From: Bacteroidota bacterium | GTDB lineage: Bacteria > Bacteroidota > Bacteroidia > AKYH767-A > 2013-40CM-41-45 | Direction: 5' to 3' | Assembly: GCA_031411835.1 (NCBI GenBank) | Contig: JANOBV010000231.1 | Span: 1-15,343, forward strand | DNA: 15,343 bases | Shown here: piece after piece, positions 7,201 to 12,714 of the stretch | Layout: each line of letters starts with the position of its first letter | Numbering within the stretch: the stretch's first letter is position 1 | Notes under the pieces: model-generated | The model's input: only the letters and a program-made list of their open reading frames with translations | Databases searched by the model: none | Told to the model about the DNA's origin: nothing | Made by a program: the position numbers and the translations under genes

Positions 7201-8180
7201 CCTTGTTTTTTATTTTTAAGAAGTTGTGGTAAAACCGATTTTTTTAAGAATAAAAATGAATCCGGATCTCTGAAAAATTCAGTTACATTTATTAGTAGAT
7301 CATCATATAGCGAGTTTACTTCATGGTTATCTTTTTCGCATAGTTGTGTGTATTCTTTAAGGACACTCATTTTATGAATCAACATCCTGCGTAAGATGCG
7401 TCTTTTAATAGTGTTTTTTTTATAATGACTGAAGTCGACACTTTTTTTCTTGTGTAAAAGTTGGATCAATTTATATAGATCGACATCATTATCATCAATT
7501 GAATCTTCAGGAGCTGCTTTTATCTCTTTGCTTTTTATTAGAGGATGTTTACTGATCCAATTTATTTTTTTTCCTATTTCACTTGGCGAAAGAACAAAAT
7601 CAGCTACGCCTGCTGCAATTGCAGATTGAGGCATGCTCTTGAATTTTGAAGTTTCGTTTTGCGCAAAAGTGATACCGCCAACAAGTTTTATATCTTTTAA
7701 TCCTTCAGTTCCGTCAGTACCACTTCCTGAAAGAACTACGCCAATTACATTTTCTTTGTGAGTTTGCGCTAGGGAAGTAAAAAGAACATCGATTGATAGA
7801 GTGAATCCTTTCGCTCGAGGAAGTAATGCTATATGCCCATCTGTCACTTCAATGCCTTTGTTATATGGCATTACATAAACATTGTTGGGCTCCATTTTAT
7901 CCATATCTTCCACATCCTGAACTTTCATAGATGTTACTTTTGATAAAATGGAAGTTAGGATGCTTTTATGATCAGGACTTAAATGCTGGACATAAATAAA
8001 TGCCATGCCTGTAGTAGGTGACAAACTTTTCAGAAATTGAGTAACGGCTTCAAGTCCACCGGCAGATGCGCCAATAGCAACAACAGTGAATGAATTCCAA
8101 TCTGTTTTGATTTTAGAAAGTGGTGCTTTCTTCTTTAAAACAGGTGCTTTCTTTTTTATTTGTGTTGGTTTCTTTTTCAT
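4254..8180 (-). CDS. Hybrid sensor histidine kinase/response regulator with fused CheB methylesterase and CheR methyltransferase domains (CheB-CheR-coiled coil-PAS-HisKA-HATPase_c-REC), soluble
   Basis: 1308 aa with ATG at 8180-8178 and no transmembrane segment. The CheB domain shows VVAIGASAGGLEA...HIALLPRAKG. The CheR domain shows LLINVTEFFRDP...LRIWVPACATGEEVYSIAMLLLE. The PAS region follows. The H-box is NMSHEIRTPMNSIIGF, with the His codon at plus 5358-5360. The G-box is GGTGLGLSIVKKLVELQGG. The C-terminal receiver is KVLVAEDIALNQ...DIVLMDLQMPEMNG. The N-terminal tail is Lys-rich (KKKPTQIKKKAPVLKKKAPLSK). Confidence 0.9.
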   Translation of the reverse strand: MKKKPTQIKKKAPVLKKKAPLSKIKTDWNSFTVVAIGASAGGLEAVTQFLKSLSPTTGMAFIYVQHLSPDHKSILTSILSKVTSMKVQDVEDMDKMEPNNVYVMPYNKGIEVTDGHIALLPRAKGFTLSIDVLFTSLAQTHKENVIGVVLSGSGTDGTEGLKDIKLVGGITFAQNETSKFKSMPQSAIAAGVADFVLSPSEIGKKINWISKHPLIKSKEIKAAPEDSIDDNDVDLYKLIQLLHKKKSVDFSHYKKNTIKRRILRRMLIHKMSVLKEYTQLCEKDNHEVNSLYDDLLINVTEFFRDPDSFLFLKKSVLPQLLKNKKQGDTLRIWVPACATGEEVYSIAMLLLEVQDSKYSNVPFQIFASDLSTEAITNARNGEYSKDQLKNVSSKRLQRFFTKTKDKYRISKSLRDVCIFAIHNILTDPPFSRMDFISCRNLLIYLDTLAQKKIISTFNYALNENGCLMLGKSETVGASIQLFSTQINKKYKIYTRKKSTRALSISDISPRVLQTNLQKGNNVEIIQPSKAPSIVTSSLSTNFDSFLLAEYAPASVVINHDLEILQFRGNTSPYLLNTAGKASLNILKMAHMEITFELRNAIHHAIKTKQTVRKTGIEMNRDKPGNAIRIISLDVTPIKIDGEEDLLVIVFSGLEQPEIFEQTTKGVKNNSISKDRRIKKLEEEISASRYDMASITQDQEAANEELQSANEEIVSSNEELQSLNEELETSKEEIESTNEELITTNQELQARIQQVEEIYNYYESILSTIHEPMLILDKDICIKSANQSFCKMFHVTQDESVGISLFKLGNNQWNIPKLRDLLESILIKNKQFQDFEVEHTFPDIGQKTMLLNAHKIVHESSREELIVLTISDITKIKLLAKELQVKENKALELQLEIEKKANKKIEESNVHLIEAKKNADVKTKIAEDAVISKQQFLSNMSHEIRTPMNSIIGFTNILLKTELNSPQKEYVSAVKESGEALIILINDILDLAKVNSGKMTFEQIPFNLSDSIAGTLQLFETKILEKNLKLIKDYDASIPAIVIGDPMRLRQIILNLVSNAVKFTSSGSITIKIKSLNEDEDKIAIEFSIADTGIGIHKNQLGRIFEDFGQEAYETSRLYGGTGLGLSIVKKLVELQGGTIEVKSKRDYGSTFSFVFRFKKGKTMLLRENGNEKKIILDGEIHESKLKDVKVLVAEDIALNQLLIKIILSDYGFDFDIAGNGKLAIEMMHSKEYDIVLMDLQMPEMNGFQATEHIRKVMKSTVPIIALTADVTSMDVEKCIAIGMNDYISKPIDENELYNKIIKFSEKKN
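5935..6095 (-). repeat. Intragenic 21-bp imperfect tandem repeat (~7 copies, plus-strand unit a(a/t)ttcttcatt-N10) encoding seven heptads ANEELQS/ANEEIVS/SNEELQS/LNEELET/SKEEIES/TNEELIT/TNQELQA in the kinase linker
   Basis: Direct reading of 5960-6095: agttcttcatttaagctttgt / aattcttcattactcgaaact / atttcttcattggcactttgt / aattcttcattagcagcttcttg. Protein: QEAANEELQSANEEIVSSNEELQSLNEELETSKEEIESTNEELITTNQELQARIQQ. Confidence 0.85.
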
Positions 8181-8246
8181 TACAATTAAATTGTGAAAAT
8201 TTAAACGAACACTTTTACTATGATTTTATAGCATCCTATTGTATTT

Positions 8247-8254
8247 CAAAGATA
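8247..8254 (-). promoter_or_regulatory. Bacteroidota-type -7 promoter motif TATCTTTG, ~66 nt upstream of the histidine-kinase start
   Basis: Plus strand reads caaagata at 8247-8254. A sigma70-like TTGAAA-N15-TAAAAT also lies just downstream of it (8226-8250, minus strand). Confidence 0.3.
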
Positions 8255-8493
8255 GCTTAAAAAAGAACAATTATGGGTCAATTTTCATTGGTTGAGATGA
8301 AATTGATGGATACTATCAGAGAATAATGATGTAAAACAGCTCGAAACTTACTTTAATGGGTCTTCAACCAATTTAGAGTATAATCTGCAACTTCTTGCCA
8401 GCCTTTTTCACCACATAAAAAATGACTTCTATTCGCAAATTCTTTGTAGTCAACCTTGCTACCTTTGTCGGAATATTTGGCTGCTCTTTATTC

Positions 8494-9705
8494 CTAATTT
8501 ACTATAGGAATCAACTGTCTTTTTTGCATTCCTTTAACAAGTATAGCGAAGATAATCACAAATACTATCCCAACAATTGCTTCAACAGACAACATCCATT
8601 TGCTATTATATTGATCGTGCATCCAGCCGTTAAAACTTGTCATATATACAACAGCGACATTTCCTAATGATCCCATCAGTGAGAATTTTGTTGCAGCATG
8701 ATTTTTACCGATTGCAAATAATACTACTGCGGTAAATGCAGCATAGATCATTCCTGTTGTGAATGCATAAAATAGAACTCCGCCGATATATACGGAAGAT
8801 TGCATCGGCATTACTGCCATAATAATTGTTACAAGTGAGCATGCAACACCGCTTCCGAGATATGCAAACCAAATTCCTTTCCGGTCTGCAATGTAGCCGC
8901 CAAAAACACAACCTAATGCGCTAACCAATCCACTTAATATTCCCGTGACGAGTGCAACAGTATCTGCATCTGCCTTCCAGTCATCAGCAATTGCTGACCA
9001 TAAGTTTGACATAGCACCTGTTCCAATTGGCATTAGTATTAATGCAATTGCAAATAAGGTTATAGGGATTTTAATCATTGAAAGTAAATCTTTCACAAGT
9101 CCGGAAAATTCTTGCGCCAATGTTTTTCCTTTCTGATGATCGACATCTTTTATTGTTAGTACTATCATTGCAAATGCTAAACATGCAAGGGATAATGTAA
9201 TTCCTGCAACGGATGCGTTATAATGTTCTGCAAGCCACAGACCTGATCCACCGCCTATTCCAATACCTGCTAAACTTCCCGCTTGATACCAACCTGATGC
9301 TTTTCCTTTTTGATTTTCAGCAATACATTTTGCCATGAATGCACCAACAGGCAAGATCATAATGTTGATAGCGACTTGTGAAAGAAATACAATTGATGTG
9401 AGCAATACAATTCCTTTAACAGTAAAAGGAGTGACACAAAGTAATAGTATCGTGGAAATGATGGCTACCAAACTTATCCAATACCATTTACGCAGACTAA
9501 GAGAAACATCGACAACCGGACCTAAGACAAATCGAAATAAACTTGCCGATGCTCCCACTGCAACAATGCCAGCTGTTTGAACAACAGAGAAACCATGATG
9601 AGTAAGTAAGTATGGCAACGTTACAAATGCGAATCCTTGTCCGATACCAACAGGCATCATAAGGAGAAACATGTTGAATGGTTTGGTGAATTGGTGGGTT
9701 TGCAT
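8494..9705 (-). CDS. ampG: MFS permease of the AmpG (anhydromuropeptide permease) family. The track ORF extends to a GTG at 9837, but the ATG at 9705 (MQTHQFTKPFNMFLLMMPVGIG...) fits the family N-terminus.
   Basis: It has about 12 predicted transmembrane helices. Signature blocks parallel E. coli AmpG as recalled from memory, not aligned: GIGQGFAFVTLPYLL..GIVAVGASASLFRFVLGPVVDVSLSLRKWYW (cf. FKFLWSPLMDRY...RRRGW), GGGSGLWLAEHY, and ATKFSLMGSLGNVAVV (cf. ATQFALLSALSAVGRV). The symbol follows from family resemblance only. Confidence 0.65.
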   Translation of the reverse strand: MQTHQFTKPFNMFLLMMPVGIGQGFAFVTLPYLLTHHGFSVVQTAGIVAVGASASLFRFVLGPVVDVSLSLRKWYWISLVAIISTILLLCVTPFTVKGIVLLTSIVFLSQVAINIMILPVGAFMAKCIAENQKGKASGWYQAGSLAGIGIGGGSGLWLAEHYNASVAGITLSLACLAFAMIVLTIKDVDHQKGKTLAQEFSGLVKDLLSMIKIPITLFAIALILMPIGTGAMSNLWSAIADDWKADADTVALVTGILSGLVSALGCVFGGYIADRKGIWFAYLGSGVACSLVTIIMAVMPMQSSVYIGGVLFYAFTTGMIYAAFTAVVLFAIGKNHAATKFSLMGSLGNVAVVYMTSFNGWMHDQYNSKWMLSVEAIVGIVFVIIFAILVKGMQKRQLIPIVN

Positions 9706-9731
9706 CGATTTATGTATGACTTTAATTTTTT

Positions 9732-9739
9732 CAAATATA
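9732..9739 (-). promoter_or_regulatory. Bacteroidota-type -7 promoter motif TATATTTG, 26 nt upstream of the AmpG-like ATG at 9705
   Basis: Plus strand reads caaatata. The spacing to the ATG is typical for this promoter class. It also supports 9705 over 9837 as the true start. Confidence 0.4.
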
Positions 9740-9875
9740 AAAATAAGTTCGAACATAATGAGCTTAAGAAAACGGATCGCAGGTATAAATAATCTGTTCG
9801 AAACAGAGAAAAAAATCGAACCGCCGTTTGAATACACAAATTATTCGAATTCCCTGAATGGTGGTGTAGTTTTAT

Positions 9876-9883
9876 TATATTTG
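9876..9883 (+). promoter_or_regulatory. Bacteroidota-type -7 promoter motif TATATTTG, 23 nt upstream of the epimerase GTG start
   Basis: Plus strand reads tatatttg at 9876-9883, then aaaaactttaatttcgaaactta, then GTG at 9907. Confidence 0.4.
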
Positions 9884-9906
9884 AAAAACTTTAATTTCGA
9901 AACTTA

Positions 9907-10941
9907 GTGTATAAAAATTATTATAAGGACAAGATCATTTTAGTAACGGGAGGTGCAGGTGCGATTGGACGAAATTTAGTTGAAGCATTGGCATTATTCA
10001 ATGCAAAAAAAATCATAGTGCTTGATAATTTGTCCTCGTCATATTTGTGGAATTTCCCAAATTATGAAAACGTGTTATTTGTTAAAGGTGATATAAGAAG
10101 TGATGATGATTTGAAAAGAGTATTTCATCATAGACCCACAATAGTATTCCATTTGGCGGCTTTCTTTGGCAATCAGAATTCTGTTGATTATCCACTTATT
10201 AGTGAAGACGTCAATAGTCGAGGCATACTAAAACTATTGGAATATTGTGTACTTACCGGTAATATTGAACGATTTGTTTATACAAATTCCGAGGGCGGAG
10301 CTTATGGTGATAATTGCTCTATTCCATACAAAGAAGATGAAATATCAATGCAATTGAGTTCACCATATTATATATCAAAAATGTCGGGGGAGTCATATTG
10401 TAATTATTATTACAAATTTTATAATTTACCTATAAGTGTTTTAAGATTATTTAATTCCTATGGTCCGGGAGAAGTTCCCGGGCAGTATAGAAATGTAATA
10501 CCTAATTTTATTTATTGGGCACTTAATAAGCAGCCATTGCCGTTGACCGGTGATAATAGAATTTCAAGAGACTTTGTATTTGTTAGCCAAACCATAGAAG
10601 GAATTTTAAGAGCCGGTTATTTTAAAAAGGCTATTGGTACATCAATTAATATTGCAACAGAAGAAGAAACATTTATTTACGATTTAGCTGAGCTGATAAA
10701 TTCAAAGACGGCAAATCGATCCGGTATAAGAATTCTGAAGCAAAGAAAATGGGATACACGTGTAAAAATTATTGGCAGTAATAATAAATGTCAAGAAATA
10801 TTAAAATTCAAACCTTGCTCAAACCTGGAAGCGGGATTAGATTTGACGATTGATTGGTTTAAAGAAAATATTGCAAGTATTGAAATGAGTGTGGAATTCT
10901 CGCCAGGAATAAATCCTGCTTTAGATATTTCCAATTCCTAA
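9907..10941 (+). CDS. NAD-dependent nucleotide-sugar epimerase/dehydratase (extended SDR family)
   Basis: 344 aa. The Rossmann motif is ILVTGGAGAIGRNL and the catalytic motif is YxxxK (SPYYISKMSGE). The start is GTG at 9907; there is no in-frame ATG before the Rossmann motif, and an upstream stop lies at 9892-9894. The protein is very AT-rich, with a Lys/Asn/Tyr/Ile bias. Confidence 0.8.
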   Translation: MYKNYYKDKIILVTGGAGAIGRNLVEALALFNAKKIIVLDNLSSSYLWNFPNYENVLFVKGDIRSDDDLKRVFHHRPTIVFHLAAFFGNQNSVDYPLISEDVNSRGILKLLEYCVLTGNIERFVYTNSEGGAYGDNCSIPYKEDEISMQLSSPYYISKMSGESYCNYYYKFYNLPISVLRLFNSYGPGEVPGQYRNVIPNFIYWALNKQPLPLTGDNRISRDFVFVSQTIEGILRAGYFKKAIGTSINIATEEETFIYDLAELINSKTANRSGIRILKQRKWDTRVKIIGSNNKCQEILKFKPCSNLEAGLDLTIDWFKENIASIEMSVEFSPGINPALDISNS

Positions 10942-12183
10942 AAGAGTATGATAAAAATCAATCATATTTTTAGCTGAAATATTGTAGTGATAATTTTTCA
11001 TACTTAGCTGTCTTGCATTCTTGCTGGTAGTCATACAGAACTCCTTTGAATTTACGCACTTTATTATTTGGTTTGCAAATTCATCTGGAGTGTCAGCGAT
11101 CAAAATATTTTTCCCGTTTTCGTAATCTATGCCTTGAGCACCAATAGTTGTAGCAATTATTGTTTTTCCTAGAGCCAATCCTTCGATGATCTTTGCCCTA
11201 ATTCCACTTCCTGATAATAAGGGGACAATCATAATTTGTTTTTCTTCTTGAAACTCGACAGGAGAATTTACTTCACCAATAATATCCACTATTTTTGATC
11301 TATGTTGAAATACCCATTTTGGCATTTTTCTCCCGGCAATAATTATTTTTCCATTGAATTGTTTTTTTTCTAGTAAGGGTATCACATTTTTTAAAAACCA
11401 TTCAACGGCTTCAACATTTGGAAGCCAATCCATTGACCCCAAATGATAAACAATGGGTGCGTGATCAAATTGTTTTTCAAAGTTATAATTGTTTAATTTT
11501 TCGTAATCGTAGCCCATTGGAATAATTATTATCGGGGCATTATTGTTGAATGATTTAAAAATATCTGCATCTTCTTTTGTTAGTGCAATTACCCCATCTA
11601 ATTCTGAACCTATTTTTTGTTCATATTTTTTCAAGCGATTGGTCGCAATCCTTAGTGCTATTTTTTTAATTGGATTATTGACATTATTAATGTAACGCTC
11701 CCAGATAATATATTCGATATTTTGTGGGCGGAGAATTATTTTTGCAGTTGAATTATTTTTTATTGTATTGATATATTTACATAGGTATAAATGCTCCAAC
11801 TGAATAATATCGAAACACTCTGTTTGTAAAATGGATTTTAGTTTTTTTTCGAAATTTGAGGAGATGAATCTCTCGATAAAGTATGATTCCGACCGGAGAG
11901 TATTCGAAATTAATCGAGCCGGGTTTATATTCGTATCAACAGTTACACATTCAAATCGTGTACTGACAACATATTCTTTAGGGATTGAATCTAAATTGAC
12001 ATAACTACGAGTAGGATTAATTGCCAGTGTTTTTACATCTACATTATTGGCTAATAATCCCCTTGTTGTAAAGTGCATTACTTGTGCCCCGCCATCAATG
12101 GGAGGGTTTGGCATCTTATTACAAATTTGAAGAACTTTCAATTCCCTTATCTTTAAGAATAAAACCGGATAATTGTTGAGCAA
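10921..12183 (-). CDS. Glycosyltransferase family 4 (GT-B fold, 'glycos_transf_1')
   Basis: 420 aa. The C-terminal donor-binding motif is GSGIRAKIIEGLALGKTIIATTIGAQGIDYENGKNILIADTPDEF (E-x7-E-type GT4 signature). An N-terminal Rossmann strand is LKVLQICNK. The true start is uncertain: M at 12183 lies 65 nt inside the SGNH gene. Confidence 0.8.
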   Translation of the reverse strand: MLNNYPVLFLKIRELKVLQICNKMPNPPIDGGAQVMHFTTRGLLANNVDVKTLAINPTRSYVNLDSIPKEYVVSTRFECVTVDTNINPARLISNTLRSESYFIERFISSNFEKKLKSILQTECFDIIQLEHLYLCKYINTIKNNSTAKIILRPQNIEYIIWERYINNVNNPIKKIALRIATNRLKKYEQKIGSELDGVIALTKEDADIFKSFNNNAPIIIIPMGYDYEKLNNYNFEKQFDHAPIVYHLGSMDWLPNVEAVEWFLKNVIPLLEKKQFNGKIIIAGRKMPKWVFQHRSKIVDIIGEVNSPVEFQEEKQIMIVPLLSGSGIRAKIIEGLALGKTIIATTIGAQGIDYENGKNILIADTPDEFANQIIKCVNSKEFCMTTSKNARQLSMKNYHYNISAKNMIDFYHTLLGIGNI

Positions 12184-12712
12184 CTGTATGGCATCCTTCG
12201 GAATTTAAGTGAACTCCATCATAGAAATCTTCATCTGTTAGATTAAGATCTAAGCACCTTAATTTATTTTCAAATGCTAGTTGCTCTATACATAAATTAA
12301 ACTCACCTACTTGTTCATTCATTGAGTAATTATATGGATAGAATACCTTTTGTGTGAATCGAGGAATTTTAAGAAGTAATATATTTTTCCCAACGGACAA
12401 TAACTCTAGCTTAATAATAAGTTGATTGTATGCAATTTTAAAATCCTTGATACTGACATGATTTTTTATATCGTTGGTTCCAATCATCACCGTTATTAAA
12501 CTTGGGTATATACTCTTGTAATTTTCTAGAAAAGGATTTATTGAACGAATTAAGTCCATAGTCGTATGTCCATTCGTGGAATGGTTTATTACATGCCATT
12601 TTTTATTCAACCTATTGCTAAGTAAATCACCGCAAATTTCAGGATAACCCAAATAGCTTCTTGCGCCATATGTGATGCTATCACCAAAAGTTAATAATGT
12701 TTCCCAGTTCAT
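12119..12712 (-). CDS. SGNH/GDSL-family hydrolase (esterase or acyltransferase/deacetylase-like)
   Basis: 197 aa. Block I is LTFGDSITYG with the catalytic Ser. Block III is GTND. Block V is DGVHLN (D-x-x-H). ATG at 12712-12710 lies 2 bp after the upstream gene's TAA. Confidence 0.8.
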   Translation of the reverse strand: MNWETLLTFGDSITYGARSYLGYPEICGDLLSNRLNKKWHVINHSTNGHTTMDLIRSINPFLENYKSIYPSLITVMIGTNDIKNHVSIKDFKIAYNQLIIKLELLSVGKNILLLKIPRFTQKVFYPYNYSMNEQVGEFNLCIEQLAFENKLRCLDLNLTDEDFYDGVHLNSEGCHTVAQQLSGFILKDKGIESSSNL

Positions 12713-12714
12713 AA

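Noticed and set aside
8273-8326. 17-codon ATG ORF (MGQFSLVEMKLMDTIRE) in the 313-bp kinase/AmpG intergenic region
   Set aside because: It is too short and has no SD. It sits on the strand opposite to both flanking genes inside their promoter or terminator space, and nothing distinguishes it from chance.
8422-8667. 81-aa plus-strand ORF overlapping the 3' end of the AmpG-like gene
   Set aside because: It is antisense to a strongly supported membrane-protein gene, is low-complexity, and has no promoter or SD context.
9671-9907. 78-aa plus-strand ORF ending at the epimerase start
   Set aside because: It lies in the AT-rich divergent promoter region and overlaps the AmpG-like 5' end and both -7 motifs. 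Its composition is that of intergenic DNA.
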